In this document: positions 36,415 through 46,497 of the stretch, piece by piece | Layout of the letters: each line of letters opens with the position of its first letter | How positions within the stretch are numbered: the first letter of the stretch is position 1 | Assembly: GCA_963778555.1 (NCBI GenBank) | Contig: CAVZUR010000005.1 | Coordinates: 97,756 to 161,755 of the forward strand | DNA length: 64,000 bases | Direction: 5' to 3' | Source of the DNA: Candidatus Moraniibacteriota bacterium | Lineage (GTDB): Bacteria; Patescibacteriota; Minisyncoccia; Moranbacterales; UBA1568 | Program-made: the position numbers and the translations under genes | Notes under the pieces: model-generated | The model's input: only the letters and a program-made list of their open reading frames with translations | Databases searched by the model: none | What the model was told of the DNA's origin: nothing

Positions 36415-38241
36415 ATGCCATTTCGAAATCTTTTGGTCATCATCTTCCTCTCCGCTGTCTTCGGACTGTTCATTCCGGGCTTGACCCAGGCGCAGACCTG
36501 CCAGGAAAATGGCGGTGCCTGCCGTCCGGGCTGGGTATCGGGTTGCGCTAACCCAGAGACGCCTGTGTCTGGAACTTGTCCGGCTGCCCCTTCAAATGCT
36601 CCTCCGGGTGGTGTGCTCATCTGTTGCCGCGCGAGCCAGTCAGGAGTGATGAATGCACGGATAGCGGAGGAGTCTGTCGAAGCGCTTACTATTCGACGGA
36701 GTTTCCGAACGCTGAATGGCCCGCTCAACCTGCCTGTGGATATAGCACTGCAGAAGTCACATCATCGGCACGCTGCAGCAACTTTTTTGCGCTCTGTTGC
36801 GTCCCGCCGCCGAATCTCGGCGCCAGCTGCAATGGTGGATCCGGCACTTGTCTGTCGGCTGGGAGCTGTGCGAGTCCGGTCGCGTCGGCTGACTGCGTTG
36901 GGGGGGCTGTGTGCTGTCCACCGCTCTCGCCGAATGTTGGAACTTCGTGCGGTGGTACCGCCACGTGCCAGTTGACCTGTAGCGGCACACCGTCATCCTC
37001 GCCAACATGCGTCGGTGGAACCATGTGTTGTACACCGACTCCGCCCCCTCCTCCCCCCCGCCGCCGCCGGTGGACAATGTTGGAACTGCCTGTGGTGGGA
37101 CGGCCACCTGCCAATTTGCTTCGAGTTGCGCTGGGACGCAAGCTCCCTCCGCCATTTGCACGGGATCGACCGTGTGCTGCACGCCGACTCCCCACCGCCA
37201 GGCGCGAATGTCGGGACCGCCGTGCGTGGGGGATACTGACCGGCGGTGCGGGTGTCTGCGAATTTACGTCGCTCTGCAGCAATACGGAAACCTCGGGGAC
37301 CTGCACAGGGGGGACGGAATGCTGTATCTTTTCTGCTCCGCCTCCGCCGCCGCCTGTCTCGACCTGCGCTTCAGTCGGTGGTACCTGCGCGCGGGCCGTC
37401 GATGGCTGTCCGGATGGCGAGGTGCCTGGCGGCACGTGCAGCGCCAATCAGCTCTGCTGTGCAGCGGCTTCCTGTGCTGCCATCGGCGGTACGTGTACCC
37501 GGATCGATGCGGGTTGTAGTGCTGGTGAGCGGACGGGGATCTGCAGCGCGGGCCAGATGTGCTGCGCGCCGACGAGTACGGCTGTCTGTGAACCGCTCGG
37601 TACCTGTGTGCCTGCCGGGGGCTGCCTCACTGGGGAAGTGCCAGGCGGCATCCTGTGCCGATCCCGGCCGGATGTGTTGCGCTGTGTCCGCACCGGCTGG
37701 TGGTGGGCCGCTCAATGTTCCCGGGAGCGCGCTCAATCTCCCCAATCCACTCCTCTTCAATGACTTCAATGGGCTTTTCATCGCAGCTTTGAGTTCGCTC
37801 CAGAATCTCCTCGTCATCCTCTCCCTCATCTTCATCGTCATCGGCGCAATCATGTATATCACCTCGGGTGGGGACTCGGGCCGTATCGAGACGGCCAAGA
37901 AGGCCATCGCCGCAGCTTTGATCGGCCTGGCCATCGGTATCGCGGCTCCGGCCTTCCTGAAAGAGATCGCTCAGATCCTCGGCTGGAGCGATGTCCCGAG
38001 CAATGTGAGCGGTGCCAAGTCCCTCCTCGAGATCGCCGGCGGCGTTCTGAACTTCCTCCTCTCTGTCGTCGGCATCATCGCCCTCATCATGCTCGTCGTC
38101 GGTGCCCTCATGTATCTGACCGCGGCCGGGGATGAAGATCGGATCGATACCGGCAAGAAGATCGTGAAGTACTCTATTATCGGCATTACGATTGCTTTGG
38201 CCGCCATGGTCTTGGTGCGGCAGGTTGCGGGGTTTTTCTAG
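36415..38241 (+). CDS. Pilin-like array member G: long Cys/Pro-rich repetitive ectodomain (CxxGGxC...GEVPGGxC...CCA repeats, poly-Pro linkers) fused to the same double pilin-like C-terminal module as F; reading frame switches ≥4 times (36640, 37060, 37200, 37650)
   Basis: ORFs 36415-36975, 36576-37763, 37007-37519 and 37246-38241 each carry the same Cys-repeat pattern in different frames. Last ~426 bp (37815-38241) nearly identical to 35975-36400. Confidence 0.5.
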
Positions 38242-38299
38242 CGCAAGTGCATATTTGAGAAATTGAGAAAACCACCACACCAATCATTCTTCACCGTGT

Positions 38300-38557
38300 A
38301 TGTTTTATGTTTATGTGTTGAAGAGTCAGAAAGATGGTAAAGGATACATCGGTTCCACGAATGATCTCAAAAGAAGACTTTCCGAACATCAAGGAGGACA
38401 AGTGACTTCGACAAAGTCTCGCCGTCCTTTCAAACTAGTCTATTACGAGGCTTATTCAGCCGAGACTGATGCCAGGAAACGGGAGGAAAATCTCAAGTTA
38501 AAGAGTCGCGCCTATGCCCAACTACTGAAAAGGATTTCAGAAAGTCTCAAAGTATGA
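38300..38557 (+). CDS. GIY-YIG nuclease-family small protein
   Basis: 'MFYVYVLKSQKDGKGYIGSTNDLKRRLSEHQ' is a canonical GIY-YIG motif. Confidence 0.8.
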   Translation: MFYVYVLKSQKDGKGYIGSTNDLKRRLSEHQGGQVTSTKSRRPFKLVYYEAYSAETDARKREENLKLKSRAYAQLLKRISESLKV

Positions 38558-38640
38558 TTGGTGTGGTGGAAAAGAAAAAACGGGCTTCACATTGCTGTGT
38601 TGCCCGTTTTGATCGCGTTCCGCGCGCTGGCGAAAGTGAC

Positions 38641-40107
38641 CTAAGTGCACTGCTCGATCATGACCTGGAGACTGCCGGGTCCTTGGCGGTGGAGATCCGG
38701 CGCCGCGTAGATGTTTCGGCCCAGGGTGATGGTCAACGGCTGCGACGTCTCGATGCGGCCCTGTTCGCCGATGAAGAGGGGCTTGTATCCCCACTCCTTG
38801 GCGAGGACGAAGAAGCGTCCATAGGGCTGCGTCTCCCGGGCGATTACCTCGCTCGGGAGCGGGGCTCCCGGTACTGGTTGCGGTCTCCAGTATCCGCCGC
38901 CATAGCCGGTAAAGGCTTGCCCTTTGTTGTAGCAGGTATTGATCCTGCCCAGGGCATCCATGTCGCAGGAGTAGTCCAGTGACATGTCGGTTTTTTTCAG
39001 GAAGTGCTGCTGCACTGTCCCACTCACCTGGAATTTGTATTTCCCAGGCGGCAATGGCGCATCGAGTGTCAACCGGCCATTGGTCGACTCACTTGGCACA
39101 TAGTCCACTTCCAGATAGGGGGAGCAGACCGAGGCCATGGCGACGGGTGTCGCCGGAGCCGGTGCAGTTGCCTGCCCCATGCTCGTTGACGCCGTACTCG
39201 GTGCCGTCGTGACCGTGGTCGCGTCAGCACCGATCTTGGCGCATTCTTCGAACTCGGCCGCGGTCGGGATGACCGGGGCGATCTTCTTGGCTGGGTCGCC
39301 CTTAGCTTTTGCCTCGAGCTTCGCGTAGCAAGCATTGCGCTCGCCTTGCTTGGCGGTTTCGGCTGCCATTTCGGCTTGGACTCGGGCGGCTGCGGTGGCC
39401 GCTTCGGCACGCCGCTTGGCATCCGTCGACCGATCATCGATCGACTTCAGGCCCAGCTTGTGCTGAGTCCAGGCGACCAGATCCTTCTGATATTCGCGAA
39501 TACCAGGAGTCCAGCTGCCCAGGGTCCAGACGATCACAGCGATCAGGATAGTCGCCGAAAAGTTCAGGACGAACTTGCCGCTCCGATTGGTGTACATGCA
39601 CCAGACGGTGAGGAACACCGATGCCGCGAGCATGACGATGGCACCGACGGGATTGCTCCCGATGGGCCAGAGCGCCAGGACGAAGAAGGGGAGTGAACCA
39701 TAGAGCGCCACCATTGCGGCGAATCGGCCGAGCGCGTAGATCCACGTTTCTGCCCACTTCTTGCCGTCCGTTACGCTCAGTCCAACTTCGCCCCCCGGTT
39801 GCGCAGCGACGAAAGCCACACCCGCTGGTCCGAAGATGTTCAGCGGCGTCAGAATGAACGCCACGGCGGTGAGCAGGAACGCCATTGCGGCGATCCAGTT
39901 GAGGTGGCGGAGAGAGTCGGGGAACCAGACGTTCACCACGGCGCCCACGATGAGGGCGGCGAAGTACGCGAGGACGAAGAGTCGGGTGACCCTGAACCAG
40001 CCACGGTGGAAAGAGAACCACCGACCAGTCCAGTCCGCATTCACGAGAGGACCGAAGTACTCCAAGGGTGAAACATTGGGAACAGGGGGAACAGGTTGCG
40101 TTGCCAT
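38641..40107 (-). CDS. Hypothetical polytopic membrane protein with Ala/Pro-rich linker and C-terminal extracytoplasmic domain
   Basis: 488-aa ORF. About 6 TM helices in N-terminal 230 aa. Low-complexity 'KRRAEAATAAARVQAEMAAETAK'. Confidence 0.5.
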   Translation of the reverse strand: MATQPVPPVPNVSPLEYFGPLVNADWTGRWFSFHRGWFRVTRLFVLAYFAALIVGAVVNVWFPDSLRHLNWIAAMAFLLTAVAFILTPLNIFGPAGVAFVAAQPGGEVGLSVTDGKKWAETWIYALGRFAAMVALYGSLPFFVLALWPIGSNPVGAIVMLAASVFLTVWCMYTNRSGKFVLNFSATILIAVIVWTLGSWTPGIREYQKDLVAWTQHKLGLKSIDDRSTDAKRRAEAATAAARVQAEMAAETAKQGERNACYAKLEAKAKGDPAKKIAPVIPTAAEFEECAKIGADATTVTTAPSTASTSMGQATAPAPATPVAMASVCSPYLEVDYVPSESTNGRLTLDAPLPPGKYKFQVSGTVQQHFLKKTDMSLDYSCDMDALGRINTCYNKGQAFTGYGGGYWRPQPVPGAPLPSEVIARETQPYGRFFVLAKEWGYKPLFIGEQGRIETSQPLTITLGRNIYAAPDLHRQGPGSLQVMIEQCT

Positions 40108-40120
40108 TTCTGACTACTCC

Positions 40121-41155
40121 TTAGTTGAACTTGGCGGCGACACCGAGGATGATGACGCCGACCACGATTGTGATGACGAAAATCCTCGTTAACCGCTTGT
40201 CTTTCTCTTCGGCGGTCATCCGGCCGGCTTCGCGCGCCTCATGACGTTTGATGGCCGGGTCTTGATGCTGCTTCACGAGTGCGAGGAGAAAGGCTTGGAA
40301 CGCATTGCGGCGTCCTTGCTTTTCTGTCTCAGGTGCGGCGTCGATCGCTGCCAGGAGCTCTTGAGCCGGACGGCCCGCGAGTATTCTGGCGACGTTTTCC
40401 TTACCGATGGCGACTTCCGCCAGTCCGATATGGATTCCCGTTTCGTGATCGTTGCACCACCCTACCACCTTGGTCCCGAATGCACTGGCCTTGTCCGCGG
40501 CCGCTTTAGCAGCCACCGCAGCCTTGTCCTCGAGGTTGTCGAGGATATGGAGGCTTTGCAGGGTCTCGGCGACGGCCTTGATCCGCTTCGCTTCCGCGCC
40601 CTTGCCGCTCGTGACGAGCCAGGTGAGGGCGCTGATGACTTGTGCGCCCTTCTGATTCAGCTTTTCGTCCCACTCCGAGACGATCGGCGTTTCGCGCGTC
40701 CTCTGGCCAGTCGGATCTTTGGGATCCTTGTGCTGGGTGAAGCCGGTCGTCTTTTTGCGCTTGATCGTCGTCACTTCGACGGCGACTGTTTGCATGAGGC
40801 GTTTGATGGCCCCAGGCGGCAGCGCAGCGACGACTTTGGGAAAGATGTGCGCTTCAGTAGCTGCGACCTTGTACTCGAGAGCACAAGTGCCATCGGCCAT
40901 ATAGAGTGTCGAGAGCCACGCGAGAAGCGCGTAGAGCTCGCCTTCCTGTTCCCGGTTCTCACTGATGACCTGGGGGCCGGGCGGAGAAGACGGAATCTTT
41001 GCCGATTCGGCTTTTACGTTTTTGCTTCCAGCAATCCATCGGTAGAGCTTCATGGCGTACTCGGCCATATCGCCCCCAGAGAGGAGGCCGCTCTCCATAA
41101 TCGCTTTGACATACTTCGTGGGCATGATTGAGTCCCTTTCTGATCTTTCGATCAA
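40121..41155 (-). CDS. Hypothetical protein with C-terminal tail anchor (TM)
   Basis: 344 aa. C-terminal 'IFVITIVVGVIILGVAAKFN'. Confidence 0.45.
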   Translation of the reverse strand: MIERSERDSIMPTKYVKAIMESGLLSGGDMAEYAMKLYRWIAGSKNVKAESAKIPSSPPGPQVISENREQEGELYALLAWLSTLYMADGTCALEYKVAATEAHIFPKVVAALPPGAIKRLMQTVAVEVTTIKRKKTTGFTQHKDPKDPTGQRTRETPIVSEWDEKLNQKGAQVISALTWLVTSGKGAEAKRIKAVAETLQSLHILDNLEDKAAVAAKAAADKASAFGTKVVGWCNDHETGIHIGLAEVAIGKENVARILAGRPAQELLAAIDAAPETEKQGRRNAFQAFLLALVKQHQDPAIKRHEAREAGRMTAEEKDKRLTRIFVITIVVGVIILGVAAKFN

Positions 41156-41479
41156 GTAGTGTTGATTGTAAAAGTACCCGCGGGTGACGTACTGTCTCCC
41201 GGTTGTGCGCGGGTACCGACCCGAATTTCACAACAGTCTATTTTAGCATAAAATCATGAAAAAGTCAATCCTGAAGTGGGATCGATTCATCCCTTGAATA
41301 CGCCCTAAAATAGGTGGCTTTTGGACCCAGTTCGTCCTGACCATTCCCGCATTGACAAGACGGAGCAAGCTCGGTACACTGGTCTTGTACGGTTCTGGGC
41401 AGTGGAAGTTCGCGGAAGCGGGCTTTTTTTGTCGGAAATCGGCATCCATGAGAAATAATTGGTTTAAACCAGAGACAGT

Positions 41480-42769
41480 ATGCCAAAGCGTAAAGTCGAA
41501 GAAGCGAGCGAGCCTGAGAGTCTTTCCGGTCGCCTCGGGGAGTTCGGGAGCGCCGTGATGCAGATCGCCGAGGAGAAGAATCTGCCGCGCGAAAAAGTGT
41601 TCGAAATCGTCGAAGCCGCACTGGCCGCCGCCTACAAGAAGGACTATGGCAAGAAAGGACAAGTTATCAAGGCACGGTTCGACGAAGTGACGAAGTCGGC
41701 GGACTTCTTCCTCGTGAAGGAAGTCGTCGATGAAACGCTGCGGGACTTTACCGTGGTGGAAGAGAATGAGGATGGCGCTCCGGAGAAAGAGTCTACCCGT
41801 TTTGCACCAGTCGCCGCTTTGGCCGAAACCGACGAGGAACGACTCCCGCGGTTCAATTCCGAGCGTGATCTGACGCTCGACGAGGCAAAACTCATCAAGA
41901 AAGACGCGGCAGTCGGGGAGAGCATCGAGATCGCCTTGGAAAGCCATGAGGATTTCGGCCGGGTTGCCGCCCAGACCGCCAAACAAGTGATCATCCAGCG
42001 CATCCGCGAGGCGGAGCGCGAGACGATGTTTACGGAGTACAAAGAGAAAGAAGGCCAGGCCGTAAACGGTATCGTTCAGCGGATCGAGGGCCGCAATGTC
42101 TTCGTTGACTTGGGCAAGTCCACCGGCATCCTCTTTCCGTCGGAACAGATCCCGGGTGAGAACTACCGCATCGGCCAGCACGTGAAGGTGTTCCTCACAC
42201 GCGTCGAGTCCGATCCAAAAGGTCCGGGACTTATCCTCTCACGCACCCATCCGGAGATGGTGCGCCACTTGTTTACGCTCGAAGTGCCGGAAATTTTCAC
42301 CGGTACCGTCCAGATCAAGGCAATTGCCCGTGAGGCTGGTTCTCGGACCAAGATCGCGGTGACGGCGAGCGAGGAAGGCGTCGATCCCATCGGTTCCTGC
42401 GTTGGTCAGAAAGGGACGCGCGTCCAGACTGTTATCGATGAGTTGGGCGGGGAGAAAGTCGATATCATCGAATGGAACGAGGATGTGCAGAAATTTATTA
42501 GCGCTGCTTTATCGCCGGCGAAAGTGTTGGCGGTCGAGCTCAGGCCTGATGATCAGCAAGCGATCGTGACGGTCCCGAATGATCAGCTGTCGCTCGCGAT
42601 CGGGAAGCGCGGCCAGAACGTCCGTCTCGCAGCCAAGCTCACGGGATGGCGTATCGATGTCAAGAGCCCGGAGGAGGAAGCTGTCGTCGAAGCCGTCGAA
42701 CCAGTATCTGAAGCGACGCCTGAATCGACTGAAGTCGTGCCGGTAACGGCGACCGAGGAAAAAGAGTAG
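41480..42769 (+). CDS. nusA: Transcription termination/antitermination factor NusA
   Basis: S1 and tandem KH domains: '...VNGIVQRIEGRNVFVDLGK...', 'DPIGSCVGQKGTRVQTVIDELGGEKVDII'. Confidence 0.9.
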   Translation: MPKRKVEEASEPESLSGRLGEFGSAVMQIAEEKNLPREKVFEIVEAALAAAYKKDYGKKGQVIKARFDEVTKSADFFLVKEVVDETLRDFTVVEENEDGAPEKESTRFAPVAALAETDEERLPRFNSERDLTLDEAKLIKKDAAVGESIEIALESHEDFGRVAAQTAKQVIIQRIREAERETMFTEYKEKEGQAVNGIVQRIEGRNVFVDLGKSTGILFPSEQIPGENYRIGQHVKVFLTRVESDPKGPGLILSRTHPEMVRHLFTLEVPEIFTGTVQIKAIAREAGSRTKIAVTASEEGVDPIGSCVGQKGTRVQTVIDELGGEKVDIIEWNEDVQKFISAALSPAKVLAVELRPDDQQAIVTVPNDQLSLAIGKRGQNVRLAAKLTGWRIDVKSPEEEAVVEAVEPVSEATPESTEVVPVTATEEKE

Positions 42770-42806
42770 CCGTCTTCTATCGCTCTAATCGCTAAAACCT
42801 ATTCCT

Positions 42807-43349
42807 ATGAACTTGTGGCATGATGTAACGCTCGGTGACCAGGCTCCAGAAGAGATCAATGTCATTATTGAGATCCCCAAGGGTTCGCTGAACAAGTATG
42901 AGATCGATAAAGAGACCGGTCTCATCAAGCTCGACCGCGCGAACTATTCTGCGGCCGCGTACCCGGTGGATTACGGCTTTTCCCCGCAGACGCTCTGGGA
43001 TGACGGTGATGCACTCGATGTCATCGTGCTTTCGACGTTCCCGCTCGCTCCTGGCATCCTCGTGAACGCCCGGCCCGTCGCCCTCATGGAGATGATCGAT
43101 GGTGGAGACTCGGACTTCAAAGTGATCGCCGTGCCGGTGGATGATAAGCGCTGGGATGATGTGAGAGATCTGAAAGACATCAATAAGCACAATTTGAAAG
43201 AATATCAGCATTTTTTCGAGACGTACAAGGTGCTGAAGGGCAAAAAGAACGAAGTCATTGTTCTTGGTTTCAAGGGCCGGAAGGATGCACTGGCAGCCGT
43301 AAAACGTTCCGTAAAGCTCTATGCGAAGGAGTTCGGAAAGAAAGCGTAA
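42807..43349 (+). CDS. ppa: Inorganic pyrophosphatase
   Basis: 'NVIIEIPKGSLNKYEID...DGDALDVIVLS' family I PPase motifs. Confidence 0.9.
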   Translation: MNLWHDVTLGDQAPEEINVIIEIPKGSLNKYEIDKETGLIKLDRANYSAAAYPVDYGFSPQTLWDDGDALDVIVLSTFPLAPGILVNARPVALMEMIDGGDSDFKVIAVPVDDKRWDDVRDLKDINKHNLKEYQHFFETYKVLKGKKNEVIVLGFKGRKDALAAVKRSVKLYAKEFGKKA

Positions 43350-43377
43350 TCAAGATCGAATCGAAAGCCCAACGCAT

Positions 43378-44676
43378 ATGGACGTTCAAGTGAAGAAATT
43401 GCCCGCTTCAAAACGCGAGATTACCGTGACGTTGCCATGGGAGGAATGGCAGAGTCATCGGGAGCACGCCGTTGCGCATATGGCAGAGAATATAAATCTA
43501 GCAGGCTTTCGCCAAGGCAAAGTGCCGGAGGCCGTGCTGGAGCAGCGTTTCGGCCATGAAGCTATCTTGATCGAGACCGCAGAGCATGCGGTCCATCACA
43601 CATATCCGAAGGCGCTCGTGGACGCCAAAGCGGAGGCGATCGGTCGTCCAGAGATCAAATTTGACGCGGTGAAGGAGGGGGAGCCCCTCGTTTATACCGT
43701 CGTGACCGATGTACTTCCGGAGATCGTCCTTCGGGAATGGAAGAAAACCGTGGCGAAGCTGAATGCGGCTGAACAGGCGAAAAGCGTCACGATATCGGAT
43801 GAGGAAATTGATAAGGAAATCGCTGGTGTTGCCAAGATGCGGGCCGCTTTTGTTCCGGTGGAACGGCCCGCGATCAGTGGGGACACCGTCAAAGTAGACT
43901 TTACGGTGATGGTGGATGGCGTCATCATTGAAGGCGGAAAGAGCACGGACCATGCACTGGTGCTCGGCTCAGGCGCCTTCATCCCCGGATTTGAGGAGCA
44001 GATCATCGGTATGGAAAAAGCCGGGGAGAAATCCTTTGAACTGTCCTTTCCGGCCGAATACCATGCCAAGCATCTCGCCGGGAAGCTCGCGACTTTTGCA
44101 GTGAAACTCAAGTCAGTCGAAGAGCAAAACATTCCCATGATCGACGATGCCTTCGCGCAGTCTTTGGGCAAGTTCGAAAGTCTGGTGGCACTCAAAGAAA
44201 ATGTCCGAAAGGGGATGCGGGAGGAGAAAGTGAGGGCAGCCAAAGAAGGGCGGCGGGCAGCGATTCTCGATACCTTGATCGCCGCCGCCGATATGGAATT
44301 TCCGGCGGTGCTCGTCGCGGAAGAAGCCAAGCGCATGCTCTCGCAGTTTCGTTCTCAGGTGGAGTCAATGGGATTCGAATGGGAGAAATACCTCATAGAG
44401 ACCAAAAAAACCGAAGCCGAGTTCGTCACGGAGTGGGAGCCACAGGCGAAGAAGCGCGTCGCCGCTGAGCTGATCTTGCAGAAACTCGCGGCGGACGAAT
44501 CTCTCGAGGCCGATACGGAAGCGGTGGAGGCGGAGATGAACAAAGTGTTCCAATATTATAAGAACGTAAAAGGAGCGGAGAAGAACGTCGATATGGGGAA
44601 GCTCTATACCTCAGTGAGGGGGCAGCTCGTGAACGAGAAGGTGCTCGTTTGGCTTGAAGGACTTTCCGGCGAGTGA
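43378..44676 (+). CDS. tig: Trigger factor (ribosome-associated peptidyl-prolyl isomerase chaperone)
   Basis: '[24 protein letters not shown]' trigger-factor N-terminus. Conserved tig-clpP synteny. Confidence 0.85.
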   Translation: MDVQVKKLPASKREITVTLPWEEWQSHREHAVAHMAENINLAGFRQGKVPEAVLEQRFGHEAILIETAEHAVHHTYPKALVDAKAEAIGRPEIKFDAVKEGEPLVYTVVTDVLPEIVLREWKKTVAKLNAAEQAKSVTISDEEIDKEIAGVAKMRAAFVPVERPAISGDTVKVDFTVMVDGVIIEGGKSTDHALVLGSGAFIPGFEEQIIGMEKAGEKSFELSFPAEYHAKHLAGKLATFAVKLKSVEEQNIPMIDDAFAQSLGKFESLVALKENVRKGMREEKVRAAKEGRRAAILDTLIAAADMEFPAVLVAEEAKRMLSQFRSQVESMGFEWEKYLIETKKTEAEFVTEWEPQAKKRVAAELILQKLAADESLEADTEAVEAEMNKVFQYYKNVKGAEKNVDMGKLYTSVRGQLVNEKVLVWLEGLSGE

Positions 44677-44702
44677 TAGACGAGCTGGACTTCATAATAA
44701 CC

Positions 44703-45302
44703 ATGCCTATGTCATCGATACAGAACAACTATCTCGTGCCGATGGTAATCGAGAAGACCGCCATGGGTGAGCGGGCCTATGATATCTATTCCCGGCTCCT
44801 AAAAGACCGGATTATCTTCATCGGTTCGCCGATCGACGATGGGGTAGCGAATACAGTCATCGCGCAACTGCTTTTTCTCCAGTCCCAAAGCACGAAGGAA
44901 GACATCAAAATCTATATCAACTCGCCGGGCGGGTCGGTAACGTCGGCGATGGCGATCTATGACACCATGCAGCACGTGAAGCCGGATGTCGAAACGATCT
45001 GCATCGGCCTAGCCGCTTCTGCCGCGTCTGTGCTGTTGGCAGCAGGCGCCAAGGGCAAGCGTTTTGCACTCCCAAATGCCGAAGTGATGATTCACCAGGT
45101 GCTGGGCGGCGTGGAGGGACAGGCGACCGATATCGATATCCATGCGCGGCATATCCTGAAAGTGCGCGATCGTCTGAATCGGATCCTCGTCAAGCATACC
45201 GGTCAGAAGCTGGCAAAAATTGAGCAGGATACTGACCGCGACTACTTTATGACCGCGGAGGAGGCCAGGACCTATGGCATTGTGGATAAGATACTCGCGT
45301 AG
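44703..45302 (+). CDS. clpP: ATP-dependent Clp protease proteolytic subunit
   Basis: '[19 protein letters not shown]...[17 protein letters not shown]...MIHQ' with catalytic Ser/His context. Confidence 0.9.
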   Translation: MPMSSIQNNYLVPMVIEKTAMGERAYDIYSRLLKDRIIFIGSPIDDGVANTVIAQLLFLQSQSTKEDIKIYINSPGGSVTSAMAIYDTMQHVKPDVETICIGLAASAASVLLAAGAKGKRFALPNAEVMIHQVLGGVEGQATDIDIHARHILKVRDRLNRILVKHTGQKLAKIEQDTDRDYFMTAEEARTYGIVDKILA

Positions 45303-45330
45303 TCAGGCGAGAACCCATGGCATCACGAAC

Positions 45331-45360
45331 GAAAAACTGCCCTCCGAGGGCAGTTTTTCA
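45331..45360. terminator. Bidirectional rho-independent terminator between clpP and convergent DoxX gene
   Basis: gaaaaa-ctgccctc-cg-agggcag-tttttca: GC stem flanked by A-run and T-run. Confidence 0.65.
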
Positions 45361-45397
45361 TAATGTTCAAGCGCTGGGGAAAGAGGTGCCGCTTCTG

Positions 45398-45817
45398 CTA
45401 GTCGAGGCTTTCCTCAAGCGAAGTTTCACGGCAGACCAAACGGGCCATTAAAAGAAGCCCGCCGATAATTGCTAGGTTCTTCAGAATGGCGGTGTATTGC
45501 GCCTGATCTTTCATCGCATCACCCGTAAAGGTGGTATGCGCGAGTATAGTCGCGACGACCGTGAACGCTATGAGCATGTCTACGGCCAGGGCTGTTTTCC
45601 AGTTGAAGAGGAGCATCAGCCCGCCGCCGAACTCGAAGAGAATTGCAAGGACCGTGAGCACAGGTGCTACTGATTCATTCGTGAGTGATCCGATATAACC
45701 AACGGTTGCATCGAACCCGGTGAGTTTGCTGAAACCGGCCATTACGAACACTAATGCCAGGAACACGCGGGCGGCAGTCGGGGTCCAGGGCGCGGTCGCA
45801 CAGGTCTTGGAGAACAT
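45398..45817 (-). CDS. DoxX-family membrane protein
   Basis: 139 aa, four TM helices. 'RVFLALVFVMAGFSKL' DoxX-like start. Confidence 0.6.
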   Translation of the reverse strand: MFSKTCATAPWTPTAARVFLALVFVMAGFSKLTGFDATVGYIGSLTNESVAPVLTVLAILFEFGGGLMLLFNWKTALAVDMLIAFTVVATILAHTTFTGDAMKDQAQYTAILKNLAIIGGLLLMARLVCRETSLEESLD

Positions 45818-46061
45818 AGCCTATTCCTTAGGGATTATGCTTCTCATTATAGCGCTTTTCGCTGGATGCCAGTGTGCACGGCTGTCAACCCCGCGAGAAA
45901 GCTGTAGACTGGACAGCGGCGGAACGAAATGCGAAGATCCTCGGAAAAGAGCTATTCTCAAGGGGTCTAGCTATGAAAGTTGTCCTGAGCGGGGGTGTTC
46001 CGAGAACAAGGGACCGCCTCCGTTTATGAGCGGACGGAAACTTCGGCGAGCCCGATATGCC

Positions 46062-46136
46062 TGGTGCCCCGAGAGAGAATCGAACTCCCATCCAGACCTT
46101 AGAAGAGTCCTGCTTTATCCATTAAGCTATCGGGGC
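46062..46136 (-). tRNA. tRNA-Arg (anticodon TCT), CCA-encoded
   Basis: rc: GCCCCGATAGCTTAATGGATAAAGCAGGACTCTTCTAAGGTCTGGATGGGAGTTCGATTCTCTCTCGGGGCACCA. Cloverleaf folds by eye; anticodon loop CTTCTAA. Confidence 0.8.
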
Positions 46137-46226
46137 GTATTCTTGTGGAAAAGAATCCTGAGAAAATTCTTGCTCCATCCATTGAGCCGGAGGGATATGA
46201 CACGAAAGAGTATCAAATATCCACAG

Positions 46227-46299
46227 GGGTGACTAGAGGGAATCGGACCCTCGTTCACGGTACCACAAACCGTTGTCTTACCATTAGACGATAGCCACC
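46227..46299 (-). tRNA. tRNA-His (anticodon GTG)
   Basis: rc: GGTGGCTATCGTCTAATGGTAAGACAACGGTTTGTGGTACCGTGAACGAGGGTCCGATTCCCTCTAGTCACCC. Anticodon stem ACGGT/ACCGT, loop TTGTGGT. Confidence 0.75.
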
Positions 46300-46341
46300 A
46301 CTCTAGATACTTGATGGTCGTGAAACTTGGAAATTGGGAGG

Positions 46342-46414
46342 TGGGTGCGGGGGGAATCGAACCCTCGACCGTTGGCTTAAGAGGCCACTGCTCTACCAAC
46401 TGAGCTACGCACCC
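46342..46414 (-). tRNA. tRNA-Lys (anticodon CTT)
   Basis: rc: GGGTGCGTAGCTCAGTTGGTAGAGCAGTGGCCTCTTAAGCCAACGGTCGAGGGTTCGATTCCCCCCGCACCCA. Perfect 7-bp acceptor. Confidence 0.8.
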
Positions 46415-46497
46415 AAATAAAAAACACTGTCAAACAGTGGCTCTAGCTTAGCGAAAAACCAAGCAAGCGTCAATGAAACCCCACCAGCTACAAAGGC

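Noticed and set aside
35578-37934. Minus-strand ORFs (262, 174, 240, 187, 218 aa) overlapping pilin-like members F and G
   Set aside because: Antisense to ORFs with conserved signal-peptide/TM architecture. Their composition is Arg/Ala/Pro-rich, and they have no motifs.
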